Below, piece by piece: positions 18,713 through 27,865 of a DNA stretch of 64,000 nucleotides. The position numbers and the translations under genes were made by a program. The notes under the pieces are model-generated. The model did not search any database. It was given only the letters and a program-made list of their open reading frames with translations, and had not been told where the DNA came from. The stretch comes from a virus. Location: the IMG/VR virus record IMGVR_UViG_3300045988_174992, one strand, 5' to 3'. The number at the start of each line of letters is the position of its first letter. Position 1 is the first letter of the stretch.

Positions 18713-20317
18713 ATGGAAGATTTGAAAGAGCTATACCAGCCATTGAGTCCTAATGTAAATAAATTAGATCCAATAGTAAGGCATGATCCAACTGTTAAGA
18801 AAAATGGTATTGTAAAATTTAATGAATCACAAAAAATAAAAGCATCCGGTCTTGGAATAAACAATCAACCAATAAATGTTGTAAAATTAGAAGGTCCAAG
18901 AATACCTATTATAAGAATTGACAATAAAGTAATTCTTAGGAGTTCAATAAAATATGTACATATTGATTATGATAAGTTTATCCCTACTTGCAAAGTAATA
19001 TTATCTCAACAAGAAAAAAGTGAGGAGTTGATGGAAACTGCTTCTATGACTTCTAACATGACAATAGTAATGACAGATTCTGTAGATGGTGCTTATAAAC
19101 CTATTTCTATAGATTTCTATATTACTAAAGTAGAATATCAAGCAGACCAAATAACATATTACGGTGAATATCATTTATTGTCTTTACGACAACAAATGAC
19201 AAAGCAAATTACATTCAATCCTTATCCAACCACCGGATGTTCTGCTAAATATTGCCAGCTTGGCCCAAACAAATACCCTACTACTTATGAGTTTTTACAT
19301 TATGTGGCAGTTACAGAATGTGGATTAGGATTTGCTGCAACAGATAAAGTAAAAGAAATAAAAGATGATAAGACAAGAATAATAAGAAGTGAAACTTATA
19401 CAGAAGCTATTCAAAAACATGTTGCATTTGGTGGATTGGATGAAAATAGTGTATTTGATTGTTGGGTCGATCTATATCGTTATCTTGTAGTTGTTAATTT
19501 TTCCTGGGTAATGAATGAGAAAATAACTCCAAATGATTTAGGAATACATCCGGTTATTGGACTTGGTTTTACCGATGATAACATAAAGGAAGATATACAA
19601 CATGGGATGGCACATAGATTGCTTACTAATTATAAGAGAATGCCTGAACTAGGTAACTATCTTGTATCATCTTGGAAATGGAGAGTAAACAATAAAGATG
19701 TAATGGAACATGGAAATATAAATGAATATGTGATTGGCTCACCAACTTCTGGAACTGGAAATGATTCTCTCAATTCAACAAATATAAAATTCAATGGAAA
19801 TTCAGTAAATGATACTGTAAACAATTCATGTCAATTCAGAAATACTGTTTTTTCTGGATATGAATATGGTGATCCGGAAGACCATAATACACCTGTTCTT
19901 AAACAAAAAATGATTCATGATAATTATTTTAGGAAATATAGAGCTAAAACATTAGAGGTAAAACTTGCAAAACCAAATTTTGGTCTTCAACGAGGTACTC
20001 TCATAAATTTAATGATATTTGAATATTCAGAATTAGGTAAACGTCAGATGTGGCAAAACTGGTATAATATAAGTGGAGATAAGACAGAAATGCCTAATCC
20101 ATCTAGTGTTGAATTAGAACAGATGTTTTCAGATTCAACTCTTGGCTTCATAAATCTATCAGTATCAGGCATTTATTATATTGATGGTATGTCATTTGAA
20201 TATGATGTTAAAAATGAAGAACATGAACTTATTCAAAAAGTATACCTCATAAGAAGAGGCATTATACCTGGTTATATAAACAGTGATTCCTTTGCTAAAT
20301 CATATAACAATACTTAA
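18713..20317 (+). CDS. baseplate/tail structural protein (534 aa); hub-like role inferred only from position after the LysM-like gene
   Basis: ORF track; 4-nt gap to the preceding gene. Confidence 0.45.
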   Translation: MEDLKELYQPLSPNVNKLDPIVRHDPTVKKNGIVKFNESQKIKASGLGINNQPINVVKLEGPRIPIIRIDNKVILRSSIKYVHIDYDKFIPTCKVILSQQEKSEELMETASMTSNMTIVMTDSVDGAYKPISIDFYITKVEYQADQITYYGEYHLLSLRQQMTKQITFNPYPTTGCSAKYCQLGPNKYPTTYEFLHYVAVTECGLGFAATDKVKEIKDDKTRIIRSETYTEAIQKHVAFGGLDENSVFDCWVDLYRYLVVVNFSWVMNEKITPNDLGIHPVIGLGFTDDNIKEDIQHGMAHRLLTNYKRMPELGNYLVSSWKWRVNNKDVMEHGNINEYVIGSPTSGTGNDSLNSTNIKFNGNSVNDTVNNSCQFRNTVFSGYEYGDPEDHNTPVLKQKMIHDNYFRKYRAKTLEVKLAKPNFGLQRGTLINLMIFEYSELGKRQMWQNWYNISGDKTEMPNPSSVELEQMFSDSTLGFINLSVSGIYYIDGMSFEYDVKNEEHELIQKVYLIRRGIIPGYINSDSFAKSYNNT

Positions 20318-20318
20318 A

Positions 20319-20837
20319 ATGAAAACTATAAATAATTCTTCTGAAATATATAAGCAAATAGTAGTATCTGATGATACTTTACTTTCAACTTCTGATTACA
20401 TAAATGATAAGGTTAATGATGTTTACAATCAAATGTTGAGAAAAGCAATTTCTGATTTTTTATCCGATAATTGGGAATATTATGAATGTGATATTAAACC
20501 AATAAAAGATAAGAATTGGAAAACATCCCCACGTATTATGATTACTTCTAAGAAATATCCATTTGAAAAGAAAATAGTAAATATAAAAGAATATTGGGAT
20601 AAAGCAGTACAGTTTTCTAAGAAAAATTCAGAATCATACTCTGATTTGATGATAGATGAAGATACTTTAAAAGATGCTGAAATAGTAAGTATCAATTATG
20701 TATTAGGTATAGTTAAGATGAGATCAAAATTCACACAAGTTGAATTTGAAGTTCCATTCTCAAGGATAAATGGCAATACAAATATGTCATTAGATTGTAC
20801 ATTAGCTGGAACATTTACTTATCTTTCAAATCAATAA
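20319..20837 (+). CDS. hypothetical structural-module protein (172 aa)
   Basis: The track ORF starts at GTG 20283 inside the previous gene. ATG 20319 follows the previous TAA directly. Confidence 0.55.
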   Translation: MKTINNSSEIYKQIVVSDDTLLSTSDYINDKVNDVYNQMLRKAISDFLSDNWEYYECDIKPIKDKNWKTSPRIMITSKKYPFEKKIVNIKEYWDKAVQFSKKNSESYSDLMIDEDTLKDAEIVSINYVLGIVKMRSKFTQVEFEVPFSRINGNTNMSLDCTLAGTFTYLSNQ

Positions 20838-20858
20838 AAATAAATTAATAAATTAGTC

Positions 20859-22319
20859 ATGTCAATTCTATCAAAATTATTAGGAGGACTAGGTAAAGGT
20901 GTTTCATCTACTGGAAATGGTTCTGATGGTTATGATCCAAAAGAACAGCAAAATACTCTAGATTATAAAGGTCCATTAAAAGCAAACAAAGTTATTGGCG
21001 AACAAATAGAATATGATGGCTCTGGTATAATAGCATCTAGGGATGCCAATACAGATCAAACATTACTTGATGTTCCTGCTTGGGGTTATAAAGATTTTAT
21101 AAACGAACGAGTAAGTTTTCAGAAAGGATTAGATTCTATTGCAACCCAACCAGCTTGGCTATACTTCAAGTTATTTTTTAAATTTGATACATCTTATGGG
21201 TTATTAGGAGGTATTATGCAATCTTCTGATGGAAGTAAATTTGCGGCAAACAACACTGCTATACAATATCTTGATAGAAATTTTTATAAATATAATGATA
21301 ATATGATGGCTAGAAAAAAGTCTTTGATAAAGTTTGTACGATCATTAAGCTACATATCTTCTAATGCTCCTTGGTTCTTCAAGTCAGTAAAGGATGTAAA
21401 CAATGCTTTGAATATGAATTTAGATAATTTGACGGCAGAAAAATCTATAGAAATAGAATGTTCAGAAGAAGCAACTGATCTACGATTACTTACTTTAATG
21501 GATTTCTATAAATATGCCGCTTATGATGCAATAAATCAAAAAGAAATATTACCAGAAAACTTAAGAAAATTTGATTTAGATGTTGTTGTATTTCAATCAC
21601 CTATAAGATATCTGCAAACTTCAACTAGAGATTTGAAAGGAAGAACAACTGTATATAAGAATCTTAATAGTGCTAATATGACTGATAGAATGTCATTTAA
21701 ACTGTTTTCTTTTCAAGGTTGTGAAATAGATTATTCTACTTTAAATACAATGCTCCCACAAACATTTTCAAATCAAGCTCCATTTCAATCATCCCCAACG
21801 TTCAAAATAAAATATGATCGTGTGTATCAACATAATCAAAATGAGTTTGCAAAGGTATTGTTTGGTGATTCTGGATTCTTGTGGAGTCAAAATGGAATTA
21901 ATAGTTACGTGTTGAGTGGAAAGAAAGGTGACCCTGATATAAATAATCGTGAAAAACACCTTGATAAAGATCCTAATACAGTTAATTTGGATGATGTAAA
22001 TGTGAATGGAATTAAATCAGGTGGTACTACAAATCCTGAATCTGATGACCACGAAAACAAACGTCATAAGATGATGCAGTATGCAATAGATAATAAATAC
22101 TATTACAATCCTGCAAGTCAAACTTATAAGACGTTAGTTGATGCATCAGAATCTACTATATCTGCTGCCATGATGCTTATAGATGGTAGTGCTGGTCTTG
22201 GAAACCTTTATGGTAAAGCAGCTAGTATTGGTTCAACATTCAAAAGTGCTGGTAAGAACGCTAAGAAAGCTTACAAAGACCTTTGGAAAAATGGTGTTAA
22301 GAATTTCTTACAATTTTAA
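20859..22319 (+). CDS. hypothetical structural-module protein (486 aa)
   Basis: ORF track. Confidence 0.6.
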   Translation: MSILSKLLGGLGKGVSSTGNGSDGYDPKEQQNTLDYKGPLKANKVIGEQIEYDGSGIIASRDANTDQTLLDVPAWGYKDFINERVSFQKGLDSIATQPAWLYFKLFFKFDTSYGLLGGIMQSSDGSKFAANNTAIQYLDRNFYKYNDNMMARKKSLIKFVRSLSYISSNAPWFFKSVKDVNNALNMNLDNLTAEKSIEIECSEEATDLRLLTLMDFYKYAAYDAINQKEILPENLRKFDLDVVVFQSPIRYLQTSTRDLKGRTTVYKNLNSANMTDRMSFKLFSFQGCEIDYSTLNTMLPQTFSNQAPFQSSPTFKIKYDRVYQHNQNEFAKVLFGDSGFLWSQNGINSYVLSGKKGDPDINNREKHLDKDPNTVNLDDVNVNGIKSGGTTNPESDDHENKRHKMMQYAIDNKYYYNPASQTYKTLVDASESTISAAMMLIDGSAGLGNLYGKAASIGSTFKSAGKNAKKAYKDLWKNGVKNFLQF

Positions 22320-22721
22320 TTTGTCTGAAACCATCAATACACCATCTATCAAGAAATAGTCACTATCATAAGGTGTTGAATCAAGTAATTTCATATAGTC
22401 ATATTTTTCTAAATTATTCAGATCATAATCTAATTTTGATAATGAATTTATAAAATATGAAAAATCGTTTGATTCTGTTGCAACAAACACATAACCTTCA
22501 TATATAGAGAATGGTAAACTAGATCCATTATGTACAAAGATGAACCTTCCAAGATGCAAATCACTAATGAACTTTGCTAATGTTTTCTTTGTATATGATG
22601 GATCCTTTTCTTTTAGCTTATTTTCTATAGTCCATTTTGTAACATAAATTTCTTCTGGATCTTCATTAGAAAGATTTACTATATTTCGTATAGAATTCTT
22701 TATTTCTTCTTTTGTAAACAT
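22308..22721 (-). CDS. hypothetical protein (137 aa), lone antisense gene inside the structural block
   Basis: Track ORF 22308..22781 trimmed to MFTKEEIKN. Its 3' end overlaps the convergent gene by 12 nt. Confidence 0.5.
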   Translation of the reverse strand: MFTKEEIKNSIRNIVNLSNEDPEEIYVTKWTIENKLKEKDPSYTKKTLAKFISDLHLGRFIFVHNGSSLPFSIYEGYVFVATESNDFSYFINSLSKLDYDLNNLEKYDYMKLLDSTPYDSDYFLIDGVLMVSDKLKL

Positions 22722-22795
22722 TATGTTTATTCCATTATTTATGATAAATATAGAATATACATGAAATAAGTTCATAAACATTTCTATTTTTAAAT

Positions 22796-23575
22796 ATGCA
22801 GAATCTAGTTAACAAAACCACAGAAAAATGGAAACATCCTTGGAATGTTGAGAAATTTGACAATCTATTTGATAGAGATGAAAGATTTTTCTCAATATTA
22901 ATAAAGGGTGCTTTATCTTGGCTTACTAGAAATATAGTGTTATATGATAAACCTATCAATCATTTCATATTCAACACTGGTTCTTCATATATGTACATAG
23001 AAAGCAATGGGTATAGATATAGTTTGAATGAAGTATCAGGAGAAGATCAGATTTATATGAAAATGCCAAGATGTATTGTTGAAATGGATAATGTAAGCAT
23101 ACCATTAGAAGAACTTACTCAACCTTATGTTAGGGGTGTTTATGAAAGAATAGTAGGAAATGAAATAGTTGGTATGAATGCAGAAATGAGACGACTACCA
23201 TTGGATGTAACATTAAAGTTAAGGTATGTTCTATCTAATTTCAATGAATCAGTAGTACTGTTACAAGAAATAATTGATAAATTAGTATTTAGAAAATATT
23301 TTAATATAACATATCTAGGACAAACAATAAAATGTTCTTTAAATTGGCCAACAGAACAATCTGTGCAAATAAATAAAATAGATATGACTAGTTCAGAAAC
23401 TAATCAAAAAACAATAGAATTTTCTCTTAACCTATCAACATCATATCCACAGATTGATGAAAGAACTGAATCTAGAAATGATAGTATAATTGGAAATTTC
23501 AAACAAGATATTTATTTACATCCAAAATCATTAGATAACAAATCTTCTGATAAAGAATCAATCATAAAAGAATAA
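22796..23575 (+). CDS. hypothetical structural-module protein (259 aa)
   Basis: ORF track; the ATG abuts a CTATTTTTAAATA motif. Confidence 0.6.
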   Translation: MQNLVNKTTEKWKHPWNVEKFDNLFDRDERFFSILIKGALSWLTRNIVLYDKPINHFIFNTGSSYMYIESNGYRYSLNEVSGEDQIYMKMPRCIVEMDNVSIPLEELTQPYVRGVYERIVGNEIVGMNAEMRRLPLDVTLKLRYVLSNFNESVVLLQEIIDKLVFRKYFNITYLGQTIKCSLNWPTEQSVQINKIDMTSSETNQKTIEFSLNLSTSYPQIDERTESRNDSIIGNFKQDIYLHPKSLDNKSSDKESIIKE

Positions 23576-23581
23576 ATTAAG

Positions 23582-24697
23582 ATGGACAATAATTTAGTAT
23601 CTTCACATATAGGAAATTTAGCCCAAACTGGTAAGGATTTTAATGTAATAGTAACAAACGCTCCATTTAAGCTGTTATCATCATTAGATAAGATATATCG
23701 TACTGGAAGTTCAAATGATGGAGGAAATGGTACTACTACAGCTACAAATAATGGAATGGGTACTAAGATTGCAAACTCATTCATGATATGTGCTCCACAA
23801 ATACCCGATGAATATACAACTTACAACTATGTTGCCAACGTTGCTTATATAGATAGAGACAATGATGGTCAGTACACTTATGGAGATACACAATTGTATA
23901 ATGATGCCTACACATACGTGTATACTTCATCTAATGCATATAAAGATACTGGAGAATTTGATTTAGTAGCTACAGATGCTTATGGCATACCGGTTGCATT
24001 AACACCCCCATTCAATGATATTGATAAAGAATATTTTGATGTTAGTTCTGATATTCCATCAAGATATCGAGATTACTGTCATTCTAGATCACTCACTTTA
24101 TCTAAAAATTTCAGTACACAATTTAGTGACCTTGGTAAATATGTTGAAACAATAACTTATTCATATACTCCAATAACTATAGATCTTGATAAAACATTAT
24201 ACTTTATTAGAGCTAGTCAAATAAAAAATGATAGTCCTAATTCACACCCATTATATTTTGTAGGAAAAATGGATACTGTAAATCCAAATGGGGATCTTTC
24301 ATATAAAGTTAGTATAAATGGTACATATACATATTTAACAACTAAAATAAAATCAGATGGTAAATATAATTATGAATATATTCCTGTATCATTTGAATAC
24401 TTATTAAATGAAGTAAATAAAATAAAAGATTGGAAATCAACACAATTCCCTGATACTTCTTATATTTGGAATGAAGGAGAAGAACTTGAAGATTCTGCTT
24501 CAATACTAAAAAAGCTTTCTTATCTAATGAAAACCGTAAGTAAGTTGAATAACTTACCTTATGTATTGAATAGAACTGGTTCAACTTCTAGAGATATATC
24601 TTATCTTTGGAGTGGAAGTATGAGTGATTATGAAGGAATAACAAAGTCTGATAAAGACAATAAAACAACATTCATTATTGAAAATGATAATAAATAA
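23582..24697 (+). CDS. fibre-associated protein sharing the C-terminal YxWSG...TTFII motif with fibre 2 (371 aa)
   Basis: ISYLWSGSMSDYEGITKSDKDNKTTFIIEN compares with STYIWSGTLAQFNSLTSKPENTTFIISN. Confidence 0.6.
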   Translation: MDNNLVSSHIGNLAQTGKDFNVIVTNAPFKLLSSLDKIYRTGSSNDGGNGTTTATNNGMGTKIANSFMICAPQIPDEYTTYNYVANVAYIDRDNDGQYTYGDTQLYNDAYTYVYTSSNAYKDTGEFDLVATDAYGIPVALTPPFNDIDKEYFDVSSDIPSRYRDYCHSRSLTLSKNFSTQFSDLGKYVETITYSYTPITIDLDKTLYFIRASQIKNDSPNSHPLYFVGKMDTVNPNGDLSYKVSINGTYTYLTTKIKSDGKYNYEYIPVSFEYLLNEVNKIKDWKSTQFPDTSYIWNEGEELEDSASILKKLSYLMKTVSKLNNLPYVLNRTGSTSRDISYLWSGSMSDYEGITKSDKDNKTTFIIENDNK

Positions 24698-24704
24698 ATA
24701 CAAA

Positions 24705-24733
24705 TGGGAAGAACTTAAGTTCTTCCCATTTTT
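24705..24733. terminator. bidirectional terminator between convergent genes
   Basis: Perfect palindrome TGGGAAGAACTT/AAGTTCTTCCCA followed by TTTTT. Confidence 0.7.
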
Positions 24734-24751
24734 AATTTTAATATTCTTATT

Positions 24752-25123
24752 TTATTCTCCTTCTTCTGGATCTTCTTCATTTTCTTCATCTTCAGAATCA
24801 ATAAAATCTGATAATTTACCCAATTGGCCTGCTAATGACTTTACATCATCTTGGTTTGCTTTATCATCATCTTGCATTTTCTGAACATATTGTTGAAGTA
24901 CATCCTGAATAGAATCCAACTTATCTTTGTTAGAATCATTCACCTTAATCTTGATACCACCATCAATCTTTTCTGAATATACAGAATTCTTATTTGCAAG
25001 GTCTTCAATAGATTTGATAGTATCATCCGCATGTTCAAGATCACCAAATTCAAATCTAAGCATCTTTTCATTGCTTTCATTGATATTTAATGATTCATTC
25101 AATGTTTCTACTAAACTTTTCAT
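24752..25123 (-). CDS. acidic 123-aa protein with MKSLVETLNE leader (CTS-like family)
   Basis: ORF track; L8/E10 leader; D/E-rich C-terminus. Confidence 0.6.
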   Translation of the reverse strand: MKSLVETLNESLNINESNEKMLRFEFGDLEHADDTIKSIEDLANKNSVYSEKIDGGIKIKVNDSNKDKLDSIQDVLQQYVQKMQDDDKANQDDVKSLAGQLGKLSDFIDSEDEENEEDPEEGE

Positions 25124-25146
25124 ATATATTTTAATTAACGTTAATT

Positions 25147-26451
25147 TTAAAAATACGTTAAAAGGTAATTAGCAAAATCTTTACCATATACCTTTATCTT
25201 GTTTCTGTTCTTTACCGTTTCACATTTCTTTACCCATTCTAGAACTTTAATATAGTTCATGATTGTATTCTTAATGCAATCACTATCATCATAAGAACTA
25301 TCTAATGATGGACAATTGAAATTAGTTATGCTATTATGTTCTTTAGATGGGAAGTTGTTATACTTAATATACTCATTCAGAAATTCTATCAGCAAATCTA
25401 TCAAATCATAATTTGGATATTTAACATTATTTTCATTTACTGTCATCCAAGAATTGTAATATACTAAATCACCTAACATTATCTTCAACCATGAATCCAT
25501 GGCATCCTTATACTTTTCAAGACAACTCTTTTCACCTATATTAGATTTTCCATTCAATAGATTATATTGGTTAGTACAAGAATTACAAGTGGAAATAGTA
25601 GAAGGTAAATCAGTACCATCTGTACTGGTATTCATGATAGTCTGCAATAGTTTTGTTGCTTCATCGTTTTCATGATTAGCAAAATATTTCTGTACAGCAT
25701 CATATACATTATTAGGTACTGCTTGCTTGTTTTCTTCTGTTATAGCTGTATACTTCAATATTATTTTGAAGAAAGTTTGTGGAAAGAAATAGAAATCATC
25801 TTCTGTAAACTTTAGATCTGATATCTCATTCTTATTGAAGAAAAAATTCAAGTCAATACTTTTCTTTTCATCATCAGAAAGTTCTTCAAAATATGAAGTT
25901 ATATTTGGCTTATCATTTTCTCTATCGTAGAATAGATAATCAGGCAAGTATATGTCATCATCTTTTTCTGCTAATGACTGAATATCATTACCAGTATGGT
26001 CCTTTGTTCTAGTACACCATTTATATAAAGTTTCATTCAAATAATATTCTTTGCTTGGTCTGAAACCTTCTATACCTGTACCATAAACACTATTGTCTGT
26101 AAGTGCTTTAATCAAGAATTTTCCCAATTCTGAAGTACTATTAGATAGCAATTCTTTTGTAATTGGCACATATATTCTAGGCATGTCAAACTTGTTAGCG
26201 CCGCTATCCTCAAGCATCAGATACTTAGGACCTAAAACTTCACCTTCAACAAAGCCATCACCATATTCTAGTGTTATGTAATTTTCTTCAAACCATTTAA
26301 TACCCATTGCATTAATGCAAAGGAGATATTTTCCTCTGCAAGATTTAGGTATGCAAATATCATCTATGAACTTTACAACAAATGGTTGAAAATTATTTAA
26401 AAATGAATAATTCATGTTCGTATTTCTTTGGTTATTTAAAAATAGTTTCAT
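25147..26451 (-). CDS. hypothetical protein (434 aa; alternative start MNYSFLNNF at 26415)
   Basis: ORF track. Confidence 0.6.
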   Translation of the reverse strand: MKLFLNNQRNTNMNYSFLNNFQPFVVKFIDDICIPKSCRGKYLLCINAMGIKWFEENYITLEYGDGFVEGEVLGPKYLMLEDSGANKFDMPRIYVPITKELLSNSTSELGKFLIKALTDNSVYGTGIEGFRPSKEYYLNETLYKWCTRTKDHTGNDIQSLAEKDDDIYLPDYLFYDRENDKPNITSYFEELSDDEKKSIDLNFFFNKNEISDLKFTEDDFYFFPQTFFKIILKYTAITEENKQAVPNNVYDAVQKYFANHENDEATKLLQTIMNTSTDGTDLPSTISTCNSCTNQYNLLNGKSNIGEKSCLEKYKDAMDSWLKIMLGDLVYYNSWMTVNENNVKYPNYDLIDLLIEFLNEYIKYNNFPSKEHNSITNFNCPSLDSSYDDSDCIKNTIMNYIKVLEWVKKCETVKNRNKIKVYGKDFANYLLTYF

Positions 26452-26484
26452 AAGTTATAGTTCAATAGATGTTGAACAAAAATG

Positions 26485-26578
26485 TTCACACAGGGACGTT
26501 AAAATTATCTTAGCTGATAGAATATACTTCAGTATACTTTTACGCTCCCTGTGTGACCCAGGCACTTTATAGGGGAAC
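26485..26578. ncRNA. conserved 94-nt structured element, copy 1 (unknown class)
   Basis: 83/94 nt are identical to 57986..58079 while the flanks are unrelated. An 11-bp stem TCACACAGGGA/TCCCTGTGTGA closes a 49-nt interior, followed by a GC-rich tail ACCCAGGC...AGGGGAAC. Confidence 0.5.
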
Positions 26579-26585
26579 TTAATTA

Positions 26586-26972
26586 TTATCGTACAGAAAT
26601 AATCAATTTATCCTTCTTTGCAATTTCAAAAGCTTCTTTCATCCCCTTTTCAAATGTACCATTATTAACTGAACTACCAGAGCATAAATGTGAAATGATG
26701 ATATCTAGTTGAATGAGGGCTTCTGGAGATGGAATTACATACTTCCATTTTCCATCATACTTGATTACCATCTTAGTTGCATTTGATTTCTGAGCATCCT
26801 GAACAAATTTGAACATTGATACCCAGTATTCAGTATTTTCCTGAGATTCAAGATCCATGATAGGCATATTTTCTGTATCAATGTTCTTTACAAAATATGT
26901 AGGAGTGTTGGCAAATGACATAACAGATACTACACAGAAAATAAAAGTAACAAAAAACTTCTTCATAATCAT
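26586..26972 (-). CDS. secreted small protein (signal peptide MIMKKFFVTFIFCVVSVMSFA)
   Basis: ORF track; hydrophobic N-terminal h-region followed by an A-x-A-like site. Confidence 0.6.
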   Translation of the reverse strand: MIMKKFFVTFIFCVVSVMSFANTPTYFVKNIDTENMPIMDLESQENTEYWVSMFKFVQDAQKSNATKMVIKYDGKWKYVIPSPEALIQLDIIISHLCSGSSVNNGTFEKGMKEAFEIAKKDKLIISVR

Positions 26973-27032
26973 TATTAATATTTAAATTAAACTTCTTGTT
27001 TTGAATTATTTGTTATTTATTTGAACGAATCT

Positions 27033-27061
27033 AATATAGAACAAACATAAAAAATTTCAAA
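27033..27061 (-). promoter_or_regulatory. minus-strand promoter motif copy C
   Basis: Plus strand reads AATATAGAAC-aaacataaaaa-ATTTCAAA, upstream of 26972. Confidence 0.65.
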
Positions 27062-27104
27062 AACTTATTATTATTTATAAAGCTTATATAAATAAAAATC
27101 TATA

Positions 27105-27833
27105 ATGAAAAATTTAAGTCAGTATCTGAATGAAGCATTGATTATGGAACTTAGTTCTGAATTATTAGGTCGTGCTTCAAAGGCTGCTAGAGAGAAAGGC
27201 AGAAATGCACAAGCAAACAAATTTGCTGTTGCCGCTGGTAAAGCCCTTGAAAAGGAGCTTAAAGGTTGGAAACCTGGTCCTGATGCAAAAAACTGTGGTA
27301 AAGTAGTTGCTACTATTAAAGATATGACTTCTAGTAATAGTGCTGTCAAAGCTTTAGCTAAGGCAGATCCTGCATCTAGCACACATACAATCAAATTCCC
27401 TGTATTAAAACAAATTACAAGTGGTAGTGATGATGGGGCTTTTAAATTTATAAGATGGGAAGATGTCAAAGTTCCTAAGGCAAAATTCTACATCTATAAA
27501 GATGAATATCATCAGTGTTTGCATATTGGTACACTATCAGACTTGCTTGGTCTTTTAGGTTCTGCTTATTTTGACTACGAAGATTTTGATGCTAGCTATA
27601 TAGTTAAATCATTTGACAATATTAAAGATGCAGTAAAATATGCTAGAAAAAGCGGTGAGAAGTTCTATGATAGTGATGAATTCATGGATGGCGTAATGAA
27701 TGGTGAATATACAGATGATGATCTTTATTGGGATGGCCCAGGTAGTAGTATTATTGATATAATGCTTGATTGGACAGATATTTTAAACTTACCTGATGAT
27801 TGGCAAGCTAAAGAGGACTCTTCTTATGATTAA
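27105..27833 (+). CDS. hypothetical 242-aa protein with MKNLSQYLNE leader (CTS-like family)
   Basis: ORF track; L8/E10 leader. Confidence 0.6.
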   Translation: MKNLSQYLNEALIMELSSELLGRASKAAREKGRNAQANKFAVAAGKALEKELKGWKPGPDAKNCGKVVATIKDMTSSNSAVKALAKADPASSTHTIKFPVLKQITSGSDDGAFKFIRWEDVKVPKAKFYIYKDEYHQCLHIGTLSDLLGLLGSAYFDYEDFDASYIVKSFDNIKDAVKYARKSGEKFYDSDEFMDGVMNGEYTDDDLYWDGPGSSIIDIMLDWTDILNLPDDWQAKEDSSYD

Positions 27834-27841
27834 ATACAAAA

Positions 27842-27865
27842 AATGGAATCCTATAGGATTCCATT
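27842..27865. terminator. bidirectional terminator (24-nt perfect palindrome)
   Basis: AATGGAATCCTA/TAGGATTCCATT is flanked by an A-run and a T-run. It overlaps the stop of the minus-strand gene. Confidence 0.65.

Noticed and set aside
27087-27094. T4-type late promoter TATAAATA (also near 56790)
   Set aside because: In roughly 70 percent AT DNA this 8-mer is expected dozens of times per 64 kb. The hits I saw are not consistently spaced from start codons.
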